From positions 1 to 64,000 of the forward strand of contig JBDRRP010000087.1 in assembly GCA_043825735.1 (NCBI GenBank): DNA of 64,000 nt, read 5' to 3'. The notes under the pieces were generated by a model that was not told the DNA's origin, ran no database searches, and was given only the letters and a program-made list of their open reading frames with translations. The first letter of the stretch is position 1. Each line of letters starts with the position of its first letter. Source of the stretch: Pseudomonadota bacterium (GTDB taxonomy: Bacteria > Desulfobacterota > Desulfobacteria > Desulfobacterales > JBDRRP01). The translations under genes and the position numbers were made by a program. This document shows positions 1 to 8,592 of the stretch, piece by piece.

Positions 1-1
1 G

Positions 2-343
2 TTGCGGCGTCACGGGATCACTGAAAAGAGCGATGAAAGGATTTTAGGTAACGGTGAGTTTGTGGATGCCCTTCTCGAAGCGGCGGACGAGAATACAAAG
101 CGCCAGGTGCCGCTAAATGAAATGATCGATCAGGCCAGAAACCGTGTGAGCAGGGTCTGTAAAGAAAAAGGAATAGATGTGGTCCATCCGAGAGGCGGCA
201 ACCGGCGCAGGGGCGTTTCTGCAGTGCGCGCGCAACTGGCTGTCGAGTTGACGATAAAGATGGGGCTGTCTCTGGCCGAAACCGCCCGGCAACTGGGTGT
301 TTCTACTTCTGCCATTGCAAAAATAGTCGAACGAAACCAATAA
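2..343 (+). CDS. C-terminal part of a RAYT/IS200-like HUH (Y1) transposase with a DnaA_C-like HTH tail (5' truncated by window edge)
   Basis: DERILG..EFV motif followed by HTH 'LSLAETARQLGVSTSAIAK' is typical of the C-terminus of deltaproteobacterial RAYT-like transposases; REP-like palindromes lie downstream. Confidence 0.7.
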   Translation: MRRHGITEKSDERILGNGEFVDALLEAADENTKRQVPLNEMIDQARNRVSRVCKEKGIDVVHPRGGNRRRGVSAVRAQLAVELTIKMGLSLAETARQLGVSTSAIAKIVERNQ

Positions 344-540
344 GTGAATATAGTCCACAACGTCCCAAAACAACGGGCGCCTCTCAGCGCGAAAACGCGT
401 GAGACACTTCGATTTTCTGTCGGAAAGTGAAATCGCCCGTATGGAACAAGCCGTTCAATCGGTCTATGGCAAAGCCATCTCAGAAACTTGATAAGAACCA
501 CAGGGGATGCGGCTTCTTCCGAAAACAATTCCTACCTCCT

Positions 541-690
541 AATGCCGGTCCCGGATCAAGTCCGCGATAAAGGATACGGTATTCAGATTTGATGGATCCG
601 GAATCAGTCTCTATTCCGTCACCCCTTGAGAAGGCCGGGGTCTATAAGTGCCTGTTATCACAGGATCCAGACCTCCTCCCGGATGACGGA
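541..690. repeat. Degenerate REP-like palindromes
   Basis: 'gtcccggatcaagtccgcgat' (~548-568) and 'ccgtcacccc..gaaggccgggg..ggatccag..cccggatgacgg' (616-689) resemble GTCA..TGAC-type REP doublets. Confidence 0.55.
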
Positions 691-791
691 ATAAGGAAAT
701 AATCGACTCCTTCTGACGTTGAATGTCGGCCCAACGCCGTGATTGAAATTCGTTTCGTAAGCAACGAAACTGAGCATCAATGAGGGCGGCC

Positions 792-870
792 ACGCCACGG
801 GGAGCTCGGTTGGATGCGCCGGGGACGCTGTATCATGTGATTGTGCGTTGGGATCGAGCGCGGCGGCATT
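792..870 (+). pseudogene. Decayed 5' remnant of a second RAYT-like transposase
   Basis: Reads (ACG)TPRGARLDAPGTLYHVIVR, then after a 1-nt shift GIERGGI, matching the MPRxARLDAPGxLHHVIVRGIER RAYT N-terminus; start codon mutated. Confidence 0.75.
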
Positions 871-930
871 CCGGGGTAAAGTGGGTTTTATTATGATTTC
901 GTAGGGTCGTGGAGGAGCGGGTGAGGTGCC

Positions 931-2760
931 CTAATTCTTCTGCGCGATGGGCGCCACGTCTCCGCTGGTGCCGGTCAATTCCTGAAGCACCTTGGACAGT
1001 CTGACGATGTCGATGGGTTTCGGAATGTAGGCGGTCATGCCCGCCGCCGCGCATCGATCCGTGACATCGCCCAAGGCGTGGGCGGTCATGGCAATCACCG
1101 GTATGCAGCAGTTCTGCTTTCCGGCCTCGCCGGCCCGTATCCGACGCGTCGCTTCGATACCGTTCATCACCGGCATTTCCACGTCCATCAGCACGGCGTC
1201 AAAGCATCCGGCGCGCACCTTTTCCAGTGCGACTTCTCCGTTTTCGGCGACGCTGGTGTGGTGACCGCAGCGATCCAAAACCGCGCAGGCAAACCGGATG
1301 TTGATCGGGTTGTCCTCGACGAGAAGCAAATGCAGATGCCGGTAGCCGGTGATCGAGGATACCGTATCCAGGTCCGGTTCATCCCTTTCGGCAACCGCTC
1401 TGCCCGGGAGCATGGGCAGGGCGAAGCAGAACCGGCTGCCCTGATTCATTCGGCTGTCCACCCATATCCGACCCCCCATTTGCTCGACGATCTTTTTGCT
1501 GATGGGAAGCCCCAGTCCGGTGCCGCCGTAGATCCGTTGGTTGTCCCGGTCGACCTGGTAGAAACTGTCGAAGATGGAGATCATCTGATCGGCGGGTATC
1601 CCGACCCCGGAATCCTCGACGACGAACAGGAGCCAAACCGCGTCCGCCGGCGCGTCCAGGGCAGGGTCCGTCTCGCGCCAGCGCTCCAGGCTGATGCATA
1701 CCCGCCCCGTTTCGGTGAACTTCAGGGCATTGCCGAGGATATTGAACAAAACCTGCCGCAGCCTGACCGGGTCGCTGTGGATGAATACCGGCACATCGTC
1801 TGAAATGGTCAACTGCAGGTCCAGATTCTTCTTGTCGACGTGAAAATGCATCGTCTTCACGATGCTGGTGACAAGCCCTCTCAGGTTGAAATCGGTATTT
1901 TCCAGCCGCAACCGCCCCGAATCAATCCGGGAAAAATCGAGGATATCGTTGACCACGGCCAGAAGATGGCGGGTGGCGTCTTTCACCGTTGCCAGGTAAT
2001 CGCTTTGCTCGGTGTCCGTCTTTGCCGACAGCGCCAACTCGGTCATGCCGATAATGGCGTTCATGGGGGTTCGGATTTCATGGCTCATGTTGGCCAGAAA
2101 CCGGCTTTTGGCCTTGTTGGCTTCCTCGGCCCGGGCCATGGCCTCCCGAAGTGACCGGCGGCTGGCCCTGAGCCGCAGCAGGAACGAATGGCCCAAAAGC
2201 GCCACCAGTGACACATAGACGGTGATAAATCCCATGCAGGCCAGCATGACCGGCAGGCTCACATCCGCCACGAAGTGGAAGCCCATCACGGCAAGCGATA
2301 GTCCCATGCCCGAAAAGTAGGCGATGGCCGTGCGGATAAACAAGGGAAGTCCGTTGGAGGCTGCGGCGTTGACCACCAGCACGATGGTGAAAGTGATGGT
2401 CGGCCAGGGACAAAAACCGATTGCCGTGATGATGCCGCCGCCGATAAACGACTCGACGCAAATGAAACGCTGCTCGGTGCGCGCCGGATCGGCGCTTCGG
2501 CGCCCGGTCCAATAGACCACCAATGGCCAAACGATGGTCGCCGATAGCGCCGCCAGCCAGACAATGGCCCCGAACCTGTCGAAAAACATGGCCATCAGGA
2601 TCAGTCCGGTGAAAATCCAGCCGATCAAGCGCGGGAAAAAGTTCCAACTGACCATGGGGTGGACATCTGCGCGCTCATTAGAGACGGGGGGGTGATCACC
2701 GTTTGGGGGCGCGCCCATTGGATTATCTATACTGTCTGATGTCATGGGCAACGGCGCCAT
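931..2760 (-). CDS. Hybrid sensor histidine kinase (MASE2-like membrane domain, HisKA, HATPase, REC)
   Basis: [15 protein letters not shown]-box, N/G1/G2 boxes (GGTGLGL), REC with LLVEDN and VLMD; N-terminal PRLIG..WP..RRSADP..E multi-TM segment; start 2760 or 2745 (ORF open to 2886). Confidence 0.9.
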   Translation of the reverse strand: MAPLPMTSDSIDNPMGAPPNGDHPPVSNERADVHPMVSWNFFPRLIGWIFTGLILMAMFFDRFGAIVWLAALSATIVWPLVVYWTGRRSADPARTEQRFICVESFIGGGIITAIGFCPWPTITFTIVLVVNAAASNGLPLFIRTAIAYFSGMGLSLAVMGFHFVADVSLPVMLACMGFITVYVSLVALLGHSFLLRLRASRRSLREAMARAEEANKAKSRFLANMSHEIRTPMNAIIGMTELALSAKTDTEQSDYLATVKDATRHLLAVVNDILDFSRIDSGRLRLENTDFNLRGLVTSIVKTMHFHVDKKNLDLQLTISDDVPVFIHSDPVRLRQVLFNILGNALKFTETGRVCISLERWRETDPALDAPADAVWLLFVVEDSGVGIPADQMISIFDSFYQVDRDNQRIYGGTGLGLPISKKIVEQMGGRIWVDSRMNQGSRFCFALPMLPGRAVAERDEPDLDTVSSITGYRHLHLLLVEDNPINIRFACAVLDRCGHHTSVAENGEVALEKVRAGCFDAVLMDVEMPVMNGIEATRRIRAGEAGKQNCCIPVIAMTAHALGDVTDRCAAAGMTAYIPKPIDIVRLSKVLQELTGTSGDVAPIAQKN

Positions 2761-3023
2761 TCGAATAGTTCCCAAGGGGGTGGTTCGGTTGCCAATGCTA
2801 AGGGGTTTGAAACGACCTGTCAAATCGAAACGGAGGTGTGTCAGGGCAGTTATATGCGTAACGGTTCCTGACGGCGTTCCGTGCAACGTGTGAGGTCAGT
2901 GTCTTTCTCAAATGCATCAATCTGTACTATCGGTGCATCGATTCCGATCAGCGAAATTCAGGTTGATTTAGCAGATTGAAGGTATATACTGGACTATACC
3001 TAAACTGTGATGGGAGAAACATC

Positions 3024-3254
3024 ATGGAATCCACTGCCAAGTTATTTAAAAACGGCCGATCACAGGCGGTGAGGCTGCCGAAAGCCTTCCGTTTCAAAGG
3101 TACTGAAGTCAGGATCCGAAAAGAAGGGGCGCGGGTTATTTTGGAGCCCATGGATGACACCCACTGGCCCGAGGGTTTTTGGGAACTCTTTGGAGCTGAC
3201 CCCGATTTCGAAACGCCGAAAGCGCTGCCCCCTGGTGACATCAACCTGGATTAG
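3024..3254 (+). CDS. vapB: VapB antitoxin (AbrB/MazE fold)
   Basis: TAKLFKNGRSQAVRLPKAFRF motif; RBS ggag upstream; directly precedes a PIN toxin. Confidence 0.92.
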   Translation: MESTAKLFKNGRSQAVRLPKAFRFKGTEVRIRKEGARVILEPMDDTHWPEGFWELFGADPDFETPKALPPGDINLD

Positions 3255-3260
3255 TTAGTT

Positions 3261-3671
3261 ATGATTGGCGGCGGCGTGTACCTCCTCGATACAAATATCG
3301 TCAGCTACTGGATGCGCGGCGACGCGGCTGTAATTGCTCGAATTAGAAGCCACAGCCCATCCGAGATGGCCATGTCGGCGATAACCTTTGCTGAAATTCT
3401 GTACGGGATCGAAAAATCGCCCGTCAGAAAAAATGAACGAACCCGAAAAATTACCGAAATCGCTTCCTTACTCAGTCTTTATCCGTTTGAAGAACAGGCA
3501 GCCCGCCATTATGCCGTCATTCGGTCCCGCCTCGAAACAGAAGGATTGATCATCGGTGAAAGGGATCTGCAGATCGCCGCCATTGCCAGTGCCAATGCCT
3601 TTTCCCTCGTTACGCATAACACGAGGGAGTTTTCCCGAATTCCGGATCTGGCCGTTGAGGATTGGGCGTAG
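3261..3671 (+). CDS. vapC: VapC PIN-domain toxin
   Basis: YLLDTN, E..YG, DLQIAA, LVTHNTREF..IPDL..EDW motifs. Confidence 0.95.
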   Translation: MIGGGVYLLDTNIVSYWMRGDAAVIARIRSHSPSEMAMSAITFAEILYGIEKSPVRKNERTRKITEIASLLSLYPFEEQAARHYAVIRSRLETEGLIIGERDLQIAAIASANAFSLVTHNTREFSRIPDLAVEDWA

Positions 3672-3714
3672 CAGCAGTTGACTTTTCGGGTCATTCCGCA
3701 TAATCGGTAGTCAA

Positions 3715-4042
3715 CGCCAGGTGGCCCCAGTTGGTGTCCATCCATAAACGGCATCTTTTGGCCCAGAACTGCGTTATCGCACTTTTCGAAAACCTCGAAA
3801 TAGCGCTGCTATTCCTCGGGTTTCGAAAATGCTATAGCCTTGCTCTGAACCAAAATCTACCCTTTCTGGATAGACACCCGTTAAAAGGGAATCCGGTGAG
3901 AATCCGGAGCGGGACCGCCGCTGTGACCCTGCCCGATTATTTGATAAATCGGGAACCCGGTCGGCAATTGATGGCCACTGTTCGCCGTAGGCGAATGGGA
4001 AGGCCGCCGGCAGGGCAGGGGAGCCAGAAGACCTGCCTGGTG
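3715..4042 (+). ncRNA. Cobalamin (AdoCbl) riboswitch, interrupted by a MITE
   Basis: Conserved elements: ccaggtg (3717), ttaaaagggaatccggtgagaatccggagcggg..ccgccgctgtga, gccactg..gggaaggc, gagccagaagacctgcc; P1 cgccaggt pairs with gcctggtg; upstream of the cob operon. Confidence 0.95.
3732..3879. mobile_element. ~147-bp MITE-like palindromic element (family M, copy 1)
   Basis: TIR ggtgtccatccataaa / tttctggatagacacc, internal aatagc-gct-gctatt hairpin; close inverted copy at 63574-63720. Confidence 0.85.
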
Positions 4043-4099
4043 AATTATATCCGCTCCGGCACGCTCATCTGTCGCAACGGGAGGAATGAAAACGGCGAT

Positions 4100-4139
4100 T
4101 CCTCGAAGGCCCTGGTGTGGGCGTTCGAGGATTTTTTTT
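4100..4139 (+). terminator. Intrinsic terminator (riboswitch expression platform)
   Basis: tcctcgaaggccc-tggtgt-gggcgttcgagga stem followed by T8, ~60 nt after the aptamer. Confidence 0.85.
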
Positions 4140-4163
4140 GTTGGTTCAAGAAAAGTCGGGGGC

Positions 4164-4439
4164 TTTCGCAAAGCCGCCAAGATAGCAAAATTAATGCAAT
4201 TAATATTGATGGAACTGAAAAAAGTCTTCGCAACTATAGCTGCCATTCCGAGGAGCGGTCTCCGCTCTTCGATCCACGCACCCAGGGCCTGCGACAAGGA
4301 AGCCCAATAAAATGAAATCTTATGTGATTTTGTACCCAGTGGCGATCCCTCACTACGCTCGGGATGACATCGAAAGACTTTTACGAGGCTGTCAATACAA
4401 ATAACGTTTCCTTGGCGTCCTTGGCGCCTTGGCGAGAAA
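4164..4439. repeat. Nested palindromic repeat: CGCAAAG-core arms enclosing a shell element enclosing a REP doublet
   Basis: Arms 4164-4190 / 4411-4439; shell ttga..aaaaagtc 4206-4226 / gacttttacgag..tcaa 4376-4395; inner tgccattccgaggagc 4241 .. gatccctcactacgctcgggatgaca 4369. Confidence 0.75.
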
Positions 4440-4477
4440 ATCCTGTTTTACGGGTTTGCCTTTTTGGGGAGGTCGAT

Positions 4478-5857
4478 ATCAAAGGCTTTGTCGTGGCGGG
4501 CACCGGCAGCGGTGTCGGTAAAACCACCATTTCACTGGGGCTCATGGCGGCGCTAAAGCGCCGGGGGCTTTCGGTGGCGCCGTTCAAGGTGGGGCCCGAT
4601 TTCATCGATCCGGGCCATCACAGCCGGGTGTGCGGGGTTGCCAGCTGCAACCTGGACGGGTGGATGCTGAGTGAAGCCTTCAACCGCAGGACCTTTTTTA
4701 AAAATGCCGCCGATGCCGATGTGGCCGTGGTCGAAGGAGTGATGGGGCTCTTTGACGGCTATGACGGGAAAAGCGAGGCCGGCAGCACCGCCCAGATGGC
4801 CAAATGGCTGGGACTGCCGGTGGTTCTGGCGGTGAACGCACGGAGCATGGCCCGCAGCGCTGCGGCCCTGGTGCAAGGATTTGAGCGTTTTGACCCGGAT
4901 CTCAAATTTGCCGGCGTGGTGTTCAATCAGGTGGGCAGCGACACGCATGTGAGATACCTGCGGGAGGCCCTGGACGGGAACGCGGCCATGCCCTGTCTGG
5001 GCGGAATTGCCCGAAGCGCCGAGATTGCCATGCCCGAGCGGCACCTGGGACTGGTGACGGCCGATGATCATCCGCTCAGCACCGATGGCGTGAACCGCCT
5101 GGCCGATCTCATCGAAAATAGCCTGGATGTGGACGCGCTCTTGGCCGGATTGCCGGAATTACCGATGGCGGCCGCAGCGCGGTCGTTGACGACCCGCGAC
5201 CAACGGGCAGTGGTGGCCGTGGCCCGGGATGCGGCATTTTGTTTTTATTACCCAGAGAATATCGAACTGCTGGCGGCCGCCGGCGCCCGGATCGCGTATT
5301 TTTCGCCGCTCACAGATTCGGCTTTGCCGAAGGACAGTAGTGGGATTTATCTGGGCGGCGGATACCCCGAGCTCCATGCGCAGGCGCTGGCGGAAAACAG
5401 TGCCATGCGAACCGCCGTGGCGGACGCGTCAGCAGTCGGGATGCCCGTTTACGCTGAGTGCGGCGGATTCATGTATCTATGCCGGGAGTTGACGGATACC
5501 GAAGGGCGGCGCCACCCCATGTGCGGCTGCTTTCCATTTGAGGCACGCATGAGCGGCCGGCTCAGATCCCTGGGCTATCGTGAGGTTACCTGCACGACCG
5601 ACACCCTGGTGGGCGCGGCCGGGACGGTGATCCGGGGGCACGAATTTCATTATTCCGAAGCTGACACGCCGCCTGGGGTGTGGGCCAGCGATTACCGGCT
5701 GTCAGCACGCTCGGGCAACCATGTGACCAACGAAGGCTACCGGGTGGCGAACACCCTCGGCAGCTACGTACACCTGCATTTCGGCAGCCGGCCGGATGCG
5801 GCCGAAACATTTGTCAGCCGCTGTGAAGCATGGCAGCGGCAAGGAACCATTTCATGA
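4478..5857 (+). CDS. cbiA: Cobyrinate a,c-diamide synthase
   Basis: GSGVGKTT, FKVGPDFIDP, VEGVMGLFDG, PERHLGL, YAECGG, GHEFHYS; probable start is ATC after GGAGGT (ORF-track ATG 4364 lies in a repeat). Confidence 0.95.
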   Translation: MKGFVVAGTGSGVGKTTISLGLMAALKRRGLSVAPFKVGPDFIDPGHHSRVCGVASCNLDGWMLSEAFNRRTFFKNAADADVAVVEGVMGLFDGYDGKSEAGSTAQMAKWLGLPVVLAVNARSMARSAAALVQGFERFDPDLKFAGVVFNQVGSDTHVRYLREALDGNAAMPCLGGIARSAEIAMPERHLGLVTADDHPLSTDGVNRLADLIENSLDVDALLAGLPELPMAAAARSLTTRDQRAVVAVARDAAFCFYYPENIELLAAAGARIAYFSPLTDSALPKDSSGIYLGGGYPELHAQALAENSAMRTAVADASAVGMPVYAECGGFMYLCRELTDTEGRRHPMCGCFPFEARMSGRLRSLGYREVTCTTDTLVGAAGTVIRGHEFHYSEADTPPGVWASDYRLSARSGNHVTNEGYRVANTLGSYVHLHFGSRPDAAETFVSRCEAWQRQGTIS

Positions 5858-6474
5858 AACCCGAGGACATCGAGAAACAAAGCTTTGCCATCATCGACGC
5901 CGAGGCCGGCGATCACGGCTTTTCACCGGAGGCGTGGCCCCTGGTGCGCCGGATGATTCACACCTCCGCCGATTTTGAATACCTAAAGACCGTGCGGATT
6001 CATCCCGACGCCATCGCAGCGGGAATCGGCGCCATCCGCAGCGGTCAGCCCCTGTTCACCGACACCCACATGGCCCGCATGGGCATCAGCCGGGCGTTGC
6101 TGGCCGATACGGGCGCCGCGGTGACCTGTCTTATCACCGATTCGGAAGTGGTGCTGCAGGCCAAGAAAAACGGCACCACCCGGGCCCTGGCTGCGGTGGA
6201 TGCGGCAGCCGAGCACATGGACGGCGGCATTTATGTGGTGGGCAACGCCCCCACGGCGCTCTTGCGGCTCATCGAACACATCAGTGCCGGCCGGGTCACA
6301 CCGGCGTTGGTGATCGGACTGCCGGTGGGATTTGTCAATGCCGCCGAATCCAAGGCGGCGCTGCTTGAAACCGATATTCCTTATATTACCAACGTGGGAC
6401 GAAAGGGCGGCTCGAATGTGGCCGCCAGTGTGGTGAACGCACTGGCAATCATGAGCCGTGACGCGGTGTCTTAG
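5854..6474 (+). CDS. cbiC: Precorrin-8X/cobalt-precorrin-8 methylmutase
   Basis: IE..SF.II, RMIHTSADF, GNAPTAL, PVGFVNAAESK, GRKGGS; ATGA overlap with cbiA. Confidence 0.95.
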   Translation: MKPEDIEKQSFAIIDAEAGDHGFSPEAWPLVRRMIHTSADFEYLKTVRIHPDAIAAGIGAIRSGQPLFTDTHMARMGISRALLADTGAAVTCLITDSEVVLQAKKNGTTRALAAVDAAAEHMDGGIYVVGNAPTALLRLIEHISAGRVTPALVIGLPVGFVNAAESKAALLETDIPYITNVGRKGGSNVAASVVNALAIMSRDAVS

Positions 6475-6479
6475 AAAAC

Positions 6480-6615
6480 TTGATAAACTTGTAAAAAGGA
6501 ATTTTCTCGCAAAGGCGCAAAGTACGCCAAGAAAAACATATTTAACATCAGTTTGTCAGCTTTGAGATCGCTGCGGCTTTGCGAGAGATTCAGACTTTTT
6601 TTACGGTATTTTCAA
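6480..6615. repeat. Shell + CGCAAAG-core palindromic element
   Basis: ttga..gtaaaaag / gactttttttacgg..tcaa shell around tctcgcaaaggcgcaaagtacgccaag .. gcggctttgcgaga. Confidence 0.8.
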
Positions 6616-6633
6616 CCTGAAGGCGTGTAAACC

Positions 6634-7371
6634 ATGAATACCCAAAAAACCGGAACCCTGTACGGTATCGGCGTCGGTCCGGGCGATCCGGACCTGATCA
6701 CCGTCAAGGCGGTTCGAATCCTTGGCAACGTGGATGTCATTTTCGCGGCATCCTCCACCAAGAACCGGCACAGCCAGGCGGTGAATATCGCCAGCGCGCA
6801 CATTCCGGCCTCGGCCACCGTGCACCTGCTGAGCTTTCCCATGTGCAGCGACCCTGAGGAACTGGCCGGCGCCCGCCGGGCCAACGCCAGGGAGATCATC
6901 GCGGCGCTCCGGACCGGTAAGGACGCCGCCTTTCTCACCCTGGGCGATCCGCTCACGTACTCCACGTTCGGCTACGTGCTCAAATACGTCAAGGAAATGG
7001 CCCCGGAGCTAACCGTGGTATCGGTTCCCGGGATCACCTCCTACCAGGCGGCGGCGGCCCGGGTGAACCAGCCCCTGGTGGAGGGAAACGAGTCGCTGCT
7101 GGTGATGAGCGGTGTCAATGGCGGTGCGGCTTATCAGGGTATTTCGCCCGAACCGGAAAATCTCGTTTTTCTCAAAGCCTACCGCGGCGCGGGCGACATC
7201 GCCCGGGCGCTGGAGGCGGGCGGGCGCACCAAGGGCAGCATCGCCATCACCAACTGCGGTCTTGAAAACGAAGAAGTGGTCTCGGACATCAGTCGCTTCA
7301 AGGAAACGCCCCCTGGGTACTGGACCCTGATCATATCCAAAAAACCCGCCCCCAACGGTGCGGGGGAGTAG
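6634..7371 (+). CDS. cbiL: Precorrin-2/cobalt-factor II C20-methyltransferase
   Basis: GTLYGIGVGPGDPDLITVKA, FLTLGDPLTYSTF, VPGITS. Confidence 0.93.
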   Translation: MNTQKTGTLYGIGVGPGDPDLITVKAVRILGNVDVIFAASSTKNRHSQAVNIASAHIPASATVHLLSFPMCSDPEELAGARRANAREIIAALRTGKDAAFLTLGDPLTYSTFGYVLKYVKEMAPELTVVSVPGITSYQAAAARVNQPLVEGNESLLVMSGVNGGAAYQGISPEPENLVFLKAYRGAGDIARALEAGGRTKGSIAITNCGLENEEVVSDISRFKETPPGYWTLIISKKPAPNGAGE

Positions 7372-7384
7372 GGAATTCACGGAT

Positions 7385-7415
7385 AAGGGTTCAAGGGTTC
7401 GAGGGGGCGAGTGGG
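7385..7415 (+). repeat. G-rich 8-bp-period repeat (family D)
   Basis: aagggttcaagggttcgagggggcgagtggg. Confidence 0.75.
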
Positions 7416-7454
7416 AAACTCCAAAAAGACAATGCCATCCGTGAAGATACAATA

Positions 7455-8558
7455 ATGGCCCGCGCTACCGGAAAACGACTGAAATCGGGGTTCACCACCG
7501 GCACCGCGGCGGCCGCCGCCTTCAAGGCAGCGCTGGCTCTGGCACTTGACGGAACGGCGCCGGAATCGGTGCGTATCGATTTTCTCAGTGAGGGGCACGT
7601 GGTCATCCCGGTCCACCGGCATGGAAAAACCGGGGACGGACGCGTTTTCGCCACGGTGATCAAGGATGCCGGAGACGATCCGGATGTGACCCACCAGGCT
7701 GAAATCGGGGTGCGCCTCAGGCTGCGTGCGGACGGCACAGATCCAGCCATCACCATCGCTTCCGGCGAGGGGGTGGGAACGGTGACAAAACCCGGTCTTG
7801 GTCTGGGCATCGGGGCGCCGGCCGTGAACCCGGGTCCCCGGAAAATGCTGGCCATCGTTTTGGCGGAGATTTCGGCCACAGCGGGCAGAACGCTTGCCGC
7901 CGACGTGGAAATTTTTGTCCCCCGGGGCGCGGAACTGGCCGGCCACACCCTCAACGCCCGGCTGGGAATACTGGGGGGTATCAGCATCCTGGGCACCACG
8001 GGTATTGTCCGGCCCCTGTCCCACGAGGCCTATGTGGCCACTGTGCGAGCCGCATTGGGCGTAACCGCCGCCATGGGACAGCGCCGGGTGGTACTCACGA
8101 CCGGTCGGCGGACCGAGCGTTTCGCCCAGATGCGGTGGCCCGGATTGGCGCCCGAGGCCGTGGTGCAGATCGGTGATTACTTCGAGCAGTCACTGGCCCT
8201 GACCGCGGCGGCGGGTATTGCCGAGGCCGTTCTGGCCGTGATGTTCGGAAAGGCGCTGAAAATGGCCCAGGGCAAAGCCCACACCCATGCGGCCAAGGCG
8301 GCCTTGGGACTCGACCGACTGGGCCGATGGACCGTCGAGAAAACCGGTGACGCCGCTTTGGGCGCGCGCATCGGTGCGGCAAACACGGCCAGGGAGGCAT
8401 TCGATATTCTCCGGATCGATGCGCCCGTGATGCTCGCCGGTGTGGGCAAGCGAATGGTGGCTGCCGGCCGCGCATTTGCCGGACCTACGGTGCGTGTGAG
8501 CGGGATTTTATTCGACTATGACGGCCATCCCGTATGGGAATCGGAGGAAATCAGATGA
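7455..8558 (+). CDS. cbiD: Cobalt-precorrin-5B C1-methyltransferase
   Basis: LKSGFTTGTAA, KDAGDDPDVTH, TLNARLGILGGISILGTTGIVRP. Confidence 0.96.
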   Translation: MARATGKRLKSGFTTGTAAAAAFKAALALALDGTAPESVRIDFLSEGHVVIPVHRHGKTGDGRVFATVIKDAGDDPDVTHQAEIGVRLRLRADGTDPAITIASGEGVGTVTKPGLGLGIGAPAVNPGPRKMLAIVLAEISATAGRTLAADVEIFVPRGAELAGHTLNARLGILGGISILGTTGIVRPLSHEAYVATVRAALGVTAAMGQRRVVLTTGRRTERFAQMRWPGLAPEAVVQIGDYFEQSLALTAAAGIAEAVLAVMFGKALKMAQGKAHTHAAKAALGLDRLGRWTVEKTGDAALGARIGAANTAREAFDILRIDAPVMLAGVGKRMVAAGRAFAGPTVRVSGILFDYDGHPVWESEEIR

Positions 8559-8592
8559 GTGTCCGAATTTTACCATTTGCGGATGGATACCG

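Noticed and set aside
373..440. Hammerhead ribozyme or known riboswitch
   Set aside because: Three-way junction present, but no CUGAnGA core or other recognisable consensus on either strand
3731..4315. 194-aa ORF and antisense ORFs over the cob leader
   Set aside because: Made up of MITE, riboswitch, terminator and repeat sequence; no protein motifs
4364..4477. N-terminal extension of CbiA from ATG 4364
   Set aside because: Lies within nested repeats with no RBS; homology starts at 4478
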